From a virus, in the IMG/VR virus record IMGVR_UViG_3300048834_000258, positions 1-64,000 of that record: a DNA stretch of 64,000 nucleotides; one strand, 5' to 3'. Positions 10,084 through 20,284 of this stretch are shown one piece after another. Below the pieces are notes generated by a model. It saw only the letters and a program-made list of their open reading frames with translations, was not told the DNA's origin and made no database searches. How positions within the stretch are numbered: the stretch's first letter is position 1; every line of letters starts with the position of its first letter. Both the position numbers and the translations under genes were made by a program.

Positions 10084-10105
10084 AGGGAGGCGTAAGCCTC
10101 CCTTT
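10084..10105 (+). terminator. Intrinsic terminator
   Basis: AGGGAGGC-GTAA-GCCTCCCT-TT. Confidence 0.6.
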
Positions 10106-10159
10106 ATCCTTAATGCTAAATTGCGTATGTTACAATAATAAGTAGGAGGAACCCTTTCT

Positions 10160-11197
10160 ATGGCTTATACCCCGGCATCCGTTATCCTGCAAGGCAATAC
10201 TAACTTGCAGCACAATTATACGGGCGGCTCCGCTTCCGGCCTGTATATTTTCCACTACCAGACCAAGGCTCTCGATACTCTTCAGAAGAAGTTCGTGTTT
10301 ATGGACGTTCTGAAGTTGGACGATATGCCCAAGCAGTCTGGCAATACTGTTCAGTGGTATCGTTACCGCGAACTGGGCACCAACACCACGGCGGTCGGCT
10401 CCGCTGCGGAAGGCGCGGTCGGCACTGCGATTCCCGCGCTCAACAGCGATATCATTACGGCCACGCTGTCTCAGTACATGGACTTCGTTACGCTGTCGGA
10501 TCGGGTCATCCTGACTTCGATTGACGGTATGGTGCAGAGTGCCACTGAGCGCATGTCTTACCGGGCAGCGTACACTGTGGATATGATTACCCGTGCGGAA
10601 ATCGATAGCATTTCGGCGGCTGATCGTAGCTCGGCGCTGCTGGGCACTTACCTGAGTTCCGGCGACATTCGCCTGTCTCATGCGTATTTGCAGGGCAACG
10701 ATGTCCGTCCAATGCAGAGCGGCTCCTGTGCAGGCTACTTCTGCGGCATTATCCACCCGTACATTGTGTTCGACGTGGTGAATGATCCCGCCGCGAACGG
10801 TATTGTTGACGTGCGCAAGTACACTGAAGGCAACCCGTTCGAGAAGGTCGAAGACCGTGGGCAGGCGTTCACTTTCAACGGCATCATGTTCAAGGTGTCT
10901 ACGAATGTGCTGGTCGCTTCGAGCAACTACCGCACCTACATCTTCGGCGATGGTGGCATCGGTGGTTCGCAGCTTGCGGGCAAGGGGCCGTCCAAGGTTT
11001 CCGATCCTCGCAATCAGCGGTTCCGGCTGCACGTTGAGGGTAACCTTGCGCCGTCTCTGGCGAACCCCACCGGCTCCATTGGTGGCTTTGTGTCCTACAA
11101 CTTCTACTATGTTGCGAAGGTGCTGACTGACACCCTGACGGGCGGATCGACCTTCAATCGGTTTATCTACTACGATACTCCGACCCAGGTTTCCTAG
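10160..11197 (+). CDS. Major capsid protein (N4-gp56-like, HK97 fold)
   Basis: DMPKQSGNTVQWYRY, ATLSQYMDFVTLSD, GIIHP motifs. Own extended -10 (TGT-TACAAT), AGGAGG SD and downstream terminator. Confidence 0.88.
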   Translation: MAYTPASVILQGNTNLQHNYTGGSASGLYIFHYQTKALDTLQKKFVFMDVLKLDDMPKQSGNTVQWYRYRELGTNTTAVGSAAEGAVGTAIPALNSDIITATLSQYMDFVTLSDRVILTSIDGMVQSATERMSYRAAYTVDMITRAEIDSISAADRSSALLGTYLSSGDIRLSHAYLQGNDVRPMQSGSCAGYFCGIIHPYIVFDVVNDPAANGIVDVRKYTEGNPFEKVEDRGQAFTFNGIMFKVSTNVLVASSNYRTYIFGDGGIGGSQLAGKGPSKVSDPRNQRFRLHVEGNLAPSLANPTGSIGGFVSYNFYYVAKVLTDTLTGGSTFNRFIYYDTPTQVS

Positions 11198-11234
11198 TCT
11201 CTTGGCGGCGGGCGTAGGCTGGTTTCTCCTCAAT

Positions 11235-11268
11235 AGGGAGGCGTGTAAAAGCGCCTCCCTTTTTGTTT
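11235..11268 (+). terminator. Intrinsic terminator after the capsid gene
   Basis: AGGGAGGCG...CGCCTCCCT-TTTT. Confidence 0.8.
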
Positions 11269-11313
11269 ATTAGTGCGGATAATCACTTGCCGCAGGCATG
11301 GTAAAATAAAAGT

Positions 11314-11940
11314 ATGGCAAGTGAACAAAAAGCGGAACTGACTGGTACCATCACGTATGTCGATGGCACTCTTTTTAATGGGTGGATGCTAGTCGGTTTG
11401 GTTCCTCCGCTGCGCGGGTCAACTGCCTATACGAGTTTCTACAAAATCTACGCACAGCAGCGCACGAAGCTGCCCCAGTGGATTACGTTTCAAGTCCGGA
11501 ACGGAGAGTTACAGGCTCCTGCGAAGCTTCGCTTCAACACCTCCATTTCACCGCCGAATACGAAGTATGTTTCGTTTTTTGTTGACTACGAGGGGAACAC
11601 GCTAGCGACCGGGAGCCTGTTCACGGTGACTGCTACTCCACACGCGATTGTGGAACCCTCTTTCTCGATTCCGACTGCGGGCACCACTGCCCCGACACCA
11701 TGCCAGGGGGTTTCCGTGAGCGCACTTTCCACACCTATCCGCGAGACGCCTACCGGCACCATTGATGGGGTCAACGACACGTTCACCCTCTCCGTCATCC
11801 CACCTTCCTTCGTGATCGTCATTCTAGGCGGTACCATTCAGGAAGAGGGAACCTCTTACACGATTTCCGGGAACACGATCACCTTCGAGGCTGCTTACAT
11901 CCCGAGCAGCGGAAGTATTATCGAAGCGATCATTTTCTAA
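11314..11940 (+). CDS. Virion accessory protein with C-terminal beta module; apparently leaderless
   Basis: ETPTGTIDGVNDTFTL...YTISGNTITF module common in fibre proteins; TAAAAT lies 6 nt before the ATG. Confidence 0.6.
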   Translation: MASEQKAELTGTITYVDGTLFNGWMLVGLVPPLRGSTAYTSFYKIYAQQRTKLPQWITFQVRNGELQAPAKLRFNTSISPPNTKYVSFFVDYEGNTLATGSLFTVTATPHAIVEPSFSIPTAGTTAPTPCQGVSVSALSTPIRETPTGTIDGVNDTFTLSVIPPSFVIVILGGTIQEEGTSYTISGNTITFEAAYIPSSGSIIEAIIF

Positions 11941-11953
11941 GGGAGAGACGCCC

Positions 11954-12217
11954 ATGGACACAGTAAACGAGTTCTTAGAGAAGGCATTTGGAGTCTCTGT
12001 GTTCAAGCTGCTAAGTGTCGTTGTATTAGGTATGGCTATGTTTTTTGCCATGCAGTCGAAACTGGATGCACTTTCGCGCGACGTACAGAACGCCTTGACA
12101 CAAAACCAAGCACTGACTGCGGAACTCAAAGAGACCAACAAAGAACTCGCGAAGATGCGCGAAGCACTGATCGAAGTCAAGACAGAATTAGCCCTCGATA
12201 GAGGAAGGAGAAACTAA
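11954..12217 (+). CDS. Single-TM coiled-coil protein (holin/membrane-like)
   Basis: Hydrophobic LLSVVVLGMAMFFAM followed by a heptad coil. Confidence 0.5.
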   Translation: MDTVNEFLEKAFGVSVFKLLSVVVLGMAMFFAMQSKLDALSRDVQNALTQNQALTAELKETNKELAKMREALIEVKTELALDRGRRN

Positions 12218-12805
12218 GTGGCGCACGCCGTTTTTGACACCGCCTCCCTGGAGCGACAACGCCTTGGAGACAAGATCGACCGTACCGGCGAGTTTATCGA
12301 TAGAGCGGAGAAGGAGCAAACCTCCGCCGTAATCGAGAACGAAGATGGGTCAATCATTGATCCTGAGTATAATGCCGGGAGGCCAATGGCCCATACGCAG
12401 TTGGAGAGGCTGGTACGTGTTTATGCGCCACATTTGCACTTTTACGATCATCCTCGAAACCCGACGCTGAAGTTCATTTCGAGAAGCAATTGGCACGAGA
12501 AGAGCGAGTACAGCACGGTGCTGTATCATCGTGGGATCATGCCGGAAAACACACTCCACTCGTTCCAAACGGTGAAGGTGCCGCACCCTTACAACAACCA
12601 TATTGATTGTAAGGACGACCCGGACAAGCAGCTTTTCGTGGAGCGGCGGGTGCCGGGGCCAATCGTGCGTAAGGGATGGAAGCGGGTGTTTACTGAGCTT
12701 TTCAAGCTCGGGTGGATTACCCAGGAACAGTGCGAGCGGGTCGGCGGTAAGTTTGGATCGTCTCGTGACGACCAACGCTTTGCCCAGGATATGGGCAGAG
12801 CTTAG
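12218..12805 (+). CDS. Hypothetical protein
   Basis: Abuts the previous stop; AAGGAG SD. Confidence 0.6.
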   Translation: MAHAVFDTASLERQRLGDKIDRTGEFIDRAEKEQTSAVIENEDGSIIDPEYNAGRPMAHTQLERLVRVYAPHLHFYDHPRNPTLKFISRSNWHEKSEYSTVLYHRGIMPENTLHSFQTVKVPHPYNNHIDCKDDPDKQLFVERRVPGPIVRKGWKRVFTELFKLGWITQEQCERVGGKFGSSRDDQRFAQDMGRA

Positions 12806-12890
12806 ATATCCTTCCATTTAGATGCCGAAGGCCCAATGGTAAAATAGAAGTAGCAGCTATGCTGCTTATTCTATGCCGAGAGGAAAGACC

Positions 12891-13295
12891 ATGCCTTCCA
12901 TTACTCCCCCACTGAAGGGAACCGATGCACCGGCCCCGGCTGCGTCTGATATCGAATTGCGTCTAAAGGCGCTTCAGCTTGCTAAATTGGAACGAGAAGA
13001 GGCGGAGCTTGCCGAAAAGCAAGAGCGGCGTGTAGCTAGTGCTCGTCGTCAAGCTGAAGACGCCGTAGAGACCGAACGAAAACAAAAGTTAGCTGAGAGT
13101 ATGTGCTCTCACCAGATGCCGGGAGGCGTTTCTGCCTTCGGCGGGCAATGGCTATCTAACGGCAAATTGCGCGTAGTTTGCGGGAAATGCGGCAAGAATT
13201 GTTATCGTGAGGAGCTAACGCCTGCGGAGCGGGCTTTGGTCGATTCTGATATGGGCCGTTTTGGCGGTTCAATGACTTTTAGCATGTCGGTCTAA
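12891..13295 (+). CDS. Coiled-coil protein with CxH/CxxC Zn ribbon
   Basis: MCSHQ...VCGKCGK; GAGG SD; upstream GCC-GAA-GGC...TGG-TAAAAT promoter. Confidence 0.55.
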   Translation: MPSITPPLKGTDAPAPAASDIELRLKALQLAKLEREEAELAEKQERRVASARRQAEDAVETERKQKLAESMCSHQMPGGVSAFGGQWLSNGKLRVVCGKCGKNCYREELTPAERALVDSDMGRFGGSMTFSMSV

Positions 13296-13305
13296 GAGGT
13301 AGCTG

Positions 13306-13977
13306 ATGGCTTACACAGTCGGCAAGGCGCTTACATACGCGAAGAAGTTTATCAAAGACCAGCCTATTGATGGGACGGACGTAGGTGTTCAGACCCTCGA
13401 TATGGCGTCTAAGTTCTTCTGGATGTATGCGCCTTGGCGCTGGACCATTGGCAATATGAGCCCCGTGCAGATTACCGGGAATGCCGTAGATTATACAGTG
13501 GCGGAACCCGCCGATTTTCTGTATCTGCAGCAGGCATGGCTTCCAGAAGGCGACAAATTTACGCCCCTGGACATTGTGCCAATGCTGCCTGCGGACCCCA
13601 AGCAGACGGGCAAGCCTTCTAAGGTGATGTTTGTTCAAGGGGCAACTGACAAGTATCGTCTGTTTCCCCAGCCTCCGGCTGGAGGCGACAAGTGGCTTCT
13701 GGCCATCTACAAGAAGGCTCATACGGAAATTACAGCGACTTCAGACACTCCGGGGTTTCCCGACGAGTGGTTTCCGATCTATCAGGAGATCGTGCTCTAC
13801 TATGCGTACAAGTTTGCAGATGACCAGAGAGCGGGCAGTTCGACCATTATGGCCAATGGTCAAACGCAGCACTCAGGCCAGTGGGGCAAAGTGATTTCGA
13901 TGCTCGAAGCGATGAAGGGCCGCGAAGATCTGCTGTTTACGTGGCCGGGATCGATGCAGAGCAAGGAGCAACGGTAA
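13306..13977 (+). CDS. Head-tail adaptor (tubular protein A-like)
   Basis: WRW, DY...PADF, GKP...YRLFPQP, GFPDEW pattern. Confidence 0.65.
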   Translation: MAYTVGKALTYAKKFIKDQPIDGTDVGVQTLDMASKFFWMYAPWRWTIGNMSPVQITGNAVDYTVAEPADFLYLQQAWLPEGDKFTPLDIVPMLPADPKQTGKPSKVMFVQGATDKYRLFPQPPAGGDKWLLAIYKKAHTEITATSDTPGFPDEWFPIYQEIVLYYAYKFADDQRAGSSTIMANGQTQHSGQWGKVISMLEAMKGREDLLFTWPGSMQSKEQR

Positions 13978-14669
13978 TGGCAAGCACCTACACATGGGAA
14001 GATGTTTTGGCCTACCTGTATCAGAACGTGCCTCGCGTAAGCGAGTCGCAGGTAGGGCCGCTGGTGTGCAACCAGATTCTTAACATGATGTGGGATAAGT
14101 GCGACTGGCGCGAGACGATGGCGGATATGCCGCCGTGGCATCCGATTTGCGGAGAACAGGATCATTATTCTCCGCTTGTTTGCGCCCCTTCGGACTTCCG
14201 GGGGTTGCGTAAAGCGCAAGTGTTCGGCATTGGAAGTGATCCGCCCGTGGAACGCATTCTTATCGTCAACAAAGATCTGAAGGAAACAACGTTCCAGTCG
14301 CTTCCCGAGGACCTGTCCTATGATACGGCACGCCGATGCTTCCGGCTTTTCCCGAGGTTTCCCGAGGGACTGGACCCGACCGATTGGGTCATCCAGTGTA
14401 CCTACAAGAAGAATCCGACGAAGATTACTGGAGCGACTATCAATTCAGTAATTCCGTTCGATGACCACTATTTCCAGACACTGGTGGATGTAGGCCACTA
14501 TTGTTTGGCCAAAACAGATCCGCGCCGTATCCGTGAGTATGAAGCTCTACGGGGACAAGCTGAGTATTCGCTGGAACGGAAAGCGATTGAAGAGGGCATT
14601 AACCTGGGAGACCAGCCGATTGCACCGCAGTTTCCTATGGATATGTTTAGGGGAGGATGGTACCGCTAA
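13977..14669 (+). CDS. Second adaptor-like paralogue
   Basis: TAATG coupling; YT-W, DWR, APSDF, RLFP, YKK, IPFDD parallel the previous gene. Confidence 0.6.
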   Translation: MASTYTWEDVLAYLYQNVPRVSESQVGPLVCNQILNMMWDKCDWRETMADMPPWHPICGEQDHYSPLVCAPSDFRGLRKAQVFGIGSDPPVERILIVNKDLKETTFQSLPEDLSYDTARRCFRLFPRFPEGLDPTDWVIQCTYKKNPTKITGATINSVIPFDDHYFQTLVDVGHYCLAKTDPRRIREYEALRGQAEYSLERKAIEEGINLGDQPIAPQFPMDMFRGGWYR

Positions 14670-15994
14670 TGGCTACAAATGCATTTCGACTCTCAAGAAC
14701 GGCGACTCCAACGCCTCGTGTCAATTACGGTCCCAACGAACCCGTTTCTACCACCGGACGAACGGCAACCTCCGATTTCCCGCGTGTAGGTGCTCCCTCT
14801 ACCTTCGAGGAAACCTTCGGAGGGCGCACCTCGCAGCCCTATGCCCCCACCTCCAGCTTCGGAGCTACCTCGCGTACCTCTGGCTATGGAGTGGGCAATA
14901 CACCGTCTGCAACGCCGCAAGCTCCGCCTACGGCTCCGGCGAATCCGATGTTTTCCGTGCCTACGGCAGCGCCTACGCAGGCCCCTTCCGGGGGCGGAGC
15001 CTCCGCTCCGAATCCGTATGCACCGGCCTCCAACTTTATGTCTCCATACTTTGTCGAGAGTATGGGGCAGAATGTTCAGACGCCGAACTTCGGTGGACCT
15101 GTTCTGAACCCCGACGGCAGTGTGTCTACGGGCACCCCTGACAGTTGGGGCGCTTTCGGCTTCAACCCGTTTGCCAACTGGAGCGGTATCAATTCTGATA
15201 CAGGCCAAGCCTGGAATGTGGGCGACCGCTTCCTCAATGACCAGGGAGCGCGGAAGCTGATGGAGCTTCTCGGGCTGAACGCGCCCATCATGAACGAAAG
15301 CGGCGACATTCGCGGCTGGTCTCAGAAAATGGGCAATGTCTTTGGCCCCGGCTCGGGTAACGTAAGTGGCCCTGGCGGGGTGGGTATGTATCGCTACGCG
15401 GACCCGCTGACGGGCCAGTTGGTGGATCTAAGTGCGTATGCACCCTACTTCATTTCTGGCCAAGATGATATTGGAAAGTTTCTCTTCGAAAACCGAAACA
15501 ACCCGATGGTGAATACGGGCCTTCAGTCTGTTATTCCTCAACAGTTCACCAACGTATCGGATCTGCAAGCGGCTCTCCAGAGCGCGGCCTCTTCCCCTGC
15601 GGCGCAAGGCATCTTTCCGGCCACTCCTGCCACGCCCACGACACCCGGCACGGGCGGTACTGGCAGTGGGAGCGGAACGGGTAACAGTTCTGCGGGCAAT
15701 CGCTCGGCGATTGATTCTTTCATTCAGTTGCTCCAAGGTATCTACCAGGGAAGTAACCCGTTCACGGTCCAGAACTTCAATACGACGGGTAATCTCGGCA
15801 CGCCGGGAGCGCCCTTCGGGCAGGATTATCTGGATGGGCTGAGGGTGTTGAGCAACTTCTCCAATCTGGGGGATCAGATTACCAGTTTGCTTACGCCGAA
15901 GGATTTGTTCGACGTATCCCCCACGGGGATGTACGCCAACTTCGGACCAGCGGCGTACCTGCAACGAGCACTTTATCCTGAATTCTATATGTAG
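14669..15994 (+). CDS. Low-complexity P/G/T/S-rich virion protein
   Basis: TAATG coupling; lies within the tail operon. Confidence 0.5.
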   Translation: MATNAFRLSRTATPTPRVNYGPNEPVSTTGRTATSDFPRVGAPSTFEETFGGRTSQPYAPTSSFGATSRTSGYGVGNTPSATPQAPPTAPANPMFSVPTAAPTQAPSGGGASAPNPYAPASNFMSPYFVESMGQNVQTPNFGGPVLNPDGSVSTGTPDSWGAFGFNPFANWSGINSDTGQAWNVGDRFLNDQGARKLMELLGLNAPIMNESGDIRGWSQKMGNVFGPGSGNVSGPGGVGMYRYADPLTGQLVDLSAYAPYFISGQDDIGKFLFENRNNPMVNTGLQSVIPQQFTNVSDLQAALQSAASSPAAQGIFPATPATPTTPGTGGTGSGSGTGNSSAGNRSAIDSFIQLLQGIYQGSNPFTVQNFNTTGNLGTPGAPFGQDYLDGLRVLSNFSNLGDQITSLLTPKDLFDVSPTGMYANFGPAAYLQRALYPEFYM

Positions 15995-16002
15995 GGGGAT
16001 TA

Positions 16003-18342
16003 ATGGCGCAAGAGAACCAGCTTGACGGCGTATCTATTCCCCTACGACTTCCGTTCGACGCGATCCTTTCGGAACTTGATCCGTCTCCGCGTATTGTCTC
16101 TGGTTTGAATAACCAAGTCACTACGGGAGGTTTCCTCAAGAAGCGTGGGGCAATGTCGCAGGTATCTGCCGCCAGCACCATCGGAACGAATAAGCGGATC
16201 GACCGTCTCTACTGCTATACGACCATGGGTGCGTCCCCCAAGTCGTTTGTGATGGCGTCTGTCTACGATACCTCGGGAGGCACCTGGAGCGTCTACTACA
16301 CACGCCCCTCCGCGCCTACGGCATGGACGCAGATCACTTCGTATCGAGACATTAATGCTTCCACGCGCCCTCACGAAATGTGCGAGTCTCGCGGACTTCT
16401 CTACATCAAGGGGTATCCCGCCAGCGGCTCTAGTGAGAAGCTCGGCACTGTTGTCTTCAACGGTGACGACCTGACGGTCAAACCGTGGGGCGCTCTTGGG
16501 CCGTCTACAGCGGCTCGGATGACGAACCAGTACAAGACCAGCGATGCCCTCTACAGCGCGTGGACCTCCTCTGCGCACCCCTTCTCGGTCTCGCAAGGCT
16601 GGCAGTACACCTACGCCTACAAGAGCCTTACGGGCCACATTACAAACCGTTCGCCGCTCGAAACCAACTATGATTTCCCGGCCAGCAACACGGGCGCTTT
16701 CAGCAATCTTTTGCCGAAATTGACGTACGTTGTTCCTGCGGACCCTACCAATTTTCCTACAGTTGTAGTATTTCGCACTACGGATGGCGGCGGAACTTGG
16801 TATGAACTAGACACCATCAATGTGTCGGCAATGACACCGAGTTCGTCCCAGACCTACACCGACAATAGCTTTGTGAGCGGCTTAACGGGGGGGACAGTCA
16901 CAACCACACTAAATGGTGGTATTAATTCAAGTGTACTTTCATTAGTGGTGGCTTCTGCCACCAACTTTCCTGGGTACGGTGACTTTGCCATTCTCATCGA
17001 TAGTGAGTATATCAAAGTGACTGCCGTCAGCGGAACTACATTCACCATTGAGCGCGGCTTTGCCGGAACGACCGCTGCTTCGCATTTGAATGGTGCAACT
17101 ATTACCTATTATGGACTGGACCCAGTACCGGATTCCCAGTTAGACAAGGCCAGCGTAGCTCCTACCCTTACCTCTAATTCGCCGCCTCCTACGGTCCTAG
17201 CGGAAGACGGCGGGATCGTCGGAACCACTACGCCTCAGCCCTCTACGCCTATTGTCAAATTTGCGGGCCGTCTGTGGTACGGAATTGGCAATGTGCTTTT
17301 TTACAGTGCCCTCGAAGAGTTGGACCAAGGGAAGCCTGAAGAGGCTTGGCCCTCGGGAACACTCGGGAACTTCTTCCGACTCCAGGAGCCGCTCGTCGGA
17401 ATGGTGTCTACGGCGGAATCCCTCTACATCTTCACGACAAGACGTACCTACTGGCTGAAGGGCTTCGACAAGCCCTCCTTTTCCATTCAACCGCTCTTTA
17501 CAGACGTAGGGGCCAAGGATGGCTGGGGCATGTGTGCCAAAGGAGATGTGGTCTACTGGGTATCCAACAACAACCGCATCTTTCGCGCCCGCGACAACCA
17601 GAAGGAGCCTATCGGCGACCCACTAGGGTCGGAACTGGCTACGCGCCTAGCGCCTTCGAATGGCGTCTCGAACCTACGCCTCTATCTCACTTCCTACCAA
17701 GTAGATCAGCTTGACTGGGTTGTGTTGCAAGCTACGAATGTTGCGGATAGTTCACTAACGCGCACATTTGTATTCGATTTGCAACAGGAAGGTATCTTCT
17801 GGTATACACCTTGGGATTTGCCCGTGTCTTGCGTAGCAAGCGGTCAGATTTACGAGACAGATACAAAGGACTATCTGATCGGTAGCGGTTGGAATAGAAG
17901 CACAAATACTGTTTCGCTCAACTACTACCAGGATGACGGAACACAGGACTATGTGCCTTCTGCCGTGCAGAACTATACCTATTCCTACAAAACGAACCTG
18001 TTCGGCATCCCCTCGGGGAATAACGTCAACACATACAAGAAGCCGACCTTTGTGCCGTGCATCTATGCGGTTGTGTTCGAGCGCAAGAAGTTCACGAGTG
18101 ACACGGAACCGACGCTCACCTTCTTCATTGATAGCGCCACTACTTCGGTGGCTTCCGGTACGGCGTATCCGCCGCCACGCAGAGCGCAGAGCACCGACTA
18201 CCTCGCCTATAAGTATTGTGACAACATCTACAAGGTGGGCGAACGAATCGGTATCAACGTAGCCAAGTCGGCAGTCAACGAGAAGTTCGAATGTCACGGC
18301 ATGAGAATCATTTGGGAGTACACTGGTGGCATTGGATACTAG
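16003..18342 (+). CDS. Tail nozzle / tubular protein B-like (P22 gp10-like)
   Basis: GGFLKKRG N-terminus and beta-propeller-like motifs (FAGRLWY, LYIFT, DVGA, VYWVS); 779 aa. Confidence 0.7.
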   Translation: MAQENQLDGVSIPLRLPFDAILSELDPSPRIVSGLNNQVTTGGFLKKRGAMSQVSAASTIGTNKRIDRLYCYTTMGASPKSFVMASVYDTSGGTWSVYYTRPSAPTAWTQITSYRDINASTRPHEMCESRGLLYIKGYPASGSSEKLGTVVFNGDDLTVKPWGALGPSTAARMTNQYKTSDALYSAWTSSAHPFSVSQGWQYTYAYKSLTGHITNRSPLETNYDFPASNTGAFSNLLPKLTYVVPADPTNFPTVVVFRTTDGGGTWYELDTINVSAMTPSSSQTYTDNSFVSGLTGGTVTTTLNGGINSSVLSLVVASATNFPGYGDFAILIDSEYIKVTAVSGTTFTIERGFAGTTAASHLNGATITYYGLDPVPDSQLDKASVAPTLTSNSPPPTVLAEDGGIVGTTTPQPSTPIVKFAGRLWYGIGNVLFYSALEELDQGKPEEAWPSGTLGNFFRLQEPLVGMVSTAESLYIFTTRRTYWLKGFDKPSFSIQPLFTDVGAKDGWGMCAKGDVVYWVSNNNRIFRARDNQKEPIGDPLGSELATRLAPSNGVSNLRLYLTSYQVDQLDWVVLQATNVADSSLTRTFVFDLQQEGIFWYTPWDLPVSCVASGQIYETDTKDYLIGSGWNRSTNTVSLNYYQDDGTQDYVPSAVQNYTYSYKTNLFGIPSGNNVNTYKKPTFVPCIYAVVFERKKFTSDTEPTLTFFIDSATTSVASGTAYPPPRRAQSTDYLAYKYCDNIYKVGERIGINVAKSAVNEKFECHGMRIIWEYTGGIGY

Positions 18343-19744
18343 TCCTACGCTGGTAACGCAGAACGAGTTGAAGCGCGTGGCTGATGCCATGCGCTCTCTC
18401 GTCGGCTCGGCGTCCGCAGGCCAGGGCAGCGCCTTTGCTCCGAAGTTGGTCGGAAGCACCCAGGTTCCGACCGTTCAATCCCTCCGTGTGACGCCGCTGT
18501 CTGACTCCTTCCTAGGAAGCGAGTTCCTGCTCACCTGGGAGGACTTGCCGCGCTTCCTGAACGTAGACAGGTACAACGTATATGCCAAGCGTGCAAACGA
18601 CCTAGAGGAGCCTAAGATCGTCGCCTCCGTAGGTAAGGCCCCGTGCCGTATCCGCGTCGGAGGTGACTCGACTTCGCCGGTTACATTTTGGGTCCAGACC
18701 CAACTGAAGAACGGTTTTGCTTCTCCTCGCGAACTAAGCTCTACCGTGACCGGCGTTTCCACGCAGTCTCAGATTGAAGACGACGATATCTCTTCTGTGT
18801 CGATTGGTAAGCTACTTGCAGGGACCGCCACCTTTACGGGGACAGCTACCTTCCAGAACGGAAGCTATTTGCTTGAGATCGCTTCCACGGGTATCCGTAT
18901 GTCCGACGGCACCCGCAATGTGAATATTACGGGAAGTGCCATCACCATCGGAGACGGTACCGCAAGTGTTACCATCAACTCTTCGGGAAACGTCGTCCTC
19001 TCGCGCAGCGGACGCACCGTTACATTGTCCTCAACCGCACTTACTTTGTCTGACGGAACCGGCAGCGTTACCATCAATTCTTCGGGTCATGTAGTCCTTC
19101 AGAACGGAAGCTATACTTCGACCCTTACGGGGTCTAGCCTTACAATGGGCAATGGCACCCAAGCGGTGTCTATCTCCGGCACTGCTATCTCCATGGCGTA
19201 TACAGCAGGCCGTTATATCCAGTTTGATGCTACGCAGATCACACTTACAGACGGCACTGGCTCTCTGTCCATGACAGGTAGTTTGGCGCGGTTCTCGCGC
19301 GGCAGCTATCGACTGGATTTAGCCGCTACCTACGTTGAAATCTCGGACGGCACCAACTACAACCGAATTACTTCCACCCAGCAACTTATTAATGGCGGGC
19401 AAATCATCATTAATGGTACGTCGGGAACTGAGCCGGTTATCATTCGCCTGAGCGGTAATACCAAATTTCGCGTGAACTCGGGCGGCGACATGCAGTTCTC
19501 GGACGATGTACAATTCGGCCCCACAGATATCATTGAACACGGAGATGGGTCTTTCTCCCGAGTGTGGCAGTCTCGAAGTTCAGGCTTTGATTGTTTCGTA
19601 GACTTCGAAGTAGTCAACTCGGGAACAGCTTACCGTCATAATGGAAACGCGGGTATTACGGGGACAAGAACTGCGCTGGACAGCGGAAGTGTAAGCCGCA
19701 CGGTAACTATTAGTGGCGGCATCATTACGGGGTGGACAACCTAA
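18326..19744 (+). CDS. Tail fibre/spike with Fn3-like N-domain and S/T/G beta-repeat
   Basis: LTWED...YNVYAK Fn3-like segment; repeated ITxSDGTxSVTINSSG units. Confidence 0.65.
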   Translation: MALDTSPTLVTQNELKRVADAMRSLVGSASAGQGSAFAPKLVGSTQVPTVQSLRVTPLSDSFLGSEFLLTWEDLPRFLNVDRYNVYAKRANDLEEPKIVASVGKAPCRIRVGGDSTSPVTFWVQTQLKNGFASPRELSSTVTGVSTQSQIEDDDISSVSIGKLLAGTATFTGTATFQNGSYLLEIASTGIRMSDGTRNVNITGSAITIGDGTASVTINSSGNVVLSRSGRTVTLSSTALTLSDGTGSVTINSSGHVVLQNGSYTSTLTGSSLTMGNGTQAVSISGTAISMAYTAGRYIQFDATQITLTDGTGSLSMTGSLARFSRGSYRLDLAATYVEISDGTNYNRITSTQQLINGGQIIINGTSGTEPVIIRLSGNTKFRVNSGGDMQFSDDVQFGPTDIIEHGDGSFSRVWQSRSSGFDCFVDFEVVNSGTAYRHNGNAGITGTRTALDSGSVSRTVTISGGIITGWTT

Positions 19745-20055
19745 TGTCAGCTTGCAAAGATTGCGCCAATTTCTCGGGCTTGGGGAGCTTCGCCGATGGA
19801 GCGGTGCCTAAGATCGACACATCCGAAAGGGCCGAATGGTACGCGCCTCTCAAGTGCCGCGCCAGTGTCCAACTGATCCAACTGTGGGACCCCGTGAATG
19901 GTATCATGAAGGAATGGAAAGGATACGCCAATGTCGGAGACATTAACAACGACCCCCAGCGAGACTGCCCCCTCTTCGAGCGAAGAAGTGCAGGAATCTC
20001 CCTCCAGGATAGTGCTCTCATCGCGCCACCAGCAAAACTTGAAGGAATTAGATGA
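19744..20055 (+). CDS. Small Cys-containing protein
   Basis: TAATG coupling; CKDC...KC...DCPLF. Confidence 0.5.
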   Translation: MSACKDCANFSGLGSFADGAVPKIDTSERAEWYAPLKCRASVQLIQLWDPVNGIMKEWKGYANVGDINNDPQRDCPLFERRSAGISLQDSALIAPPAKLEGIR

Positions 20056-20197
20056 GTTGACGGCCAGAGCCGCAGAAGAAGCGATCCGCCCCTTCCTGGA
20101 GCGCCGCAACGGCTATCTGGCGGCTGTCATGACCGCACTCGAACTGACGGGCAACTGGGACTACGACGCACAGACCTTTACGTTCACACGTAAGTAA
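19931..20197 (+). CDS. Small hypothetical protein overlapping the previous gene
   Basis: AAAGGA SD; ends just before a bidirectional hairpin. Confidence 0.45.
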   Translation: MSETLTTTPSETAPSSSEEVQESPSRIVLSSRHQQNLKELDELTARAAEEAIRPFLERRNGYLAAVMTALELTGNWDYDAQTFTFTRK

Positions 20198-20208
20198 AAA
20201 GCACCTAC

Positions 20209-20274
20209 AAAACGCACAAAGGGCGGCACAATGGCCGCCTCTCTGTGTTTTGGTGGTCTACAACCAGTGTAGCA
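20209..20274 (-). ncRNA. GTTGTAGAC-family unit 2
   Basis: TGC-TACACT-GGTTGTAGACCACC, long stem CACAGAGAGGCGGC/GCCGCCCTTTGTG, then T-tract. Confidence 0.55.
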
Positions 20275-20284
20275 TAGACGCGAG

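Noticed and set aside
10130-11233. Long antisense ORFs opposite the capsid gene and other genes
   Set aside because: Shadow frames expected in GC-rich coding DNA; no motifs or RBS.
20255-20275. GTTGTAGAC motif as a CRISPR repeat (resembles the 3' end of Cas12a repeats, ...CTACTGTTGTAGAT)
   Set aside because: Copies are kilobases apart, only about 9-10 nt are conserved, the upstream part varies like a -10 box rather than keeping the repeat stem, and no cas effector is present. Mimicry remains only a hypothesis.
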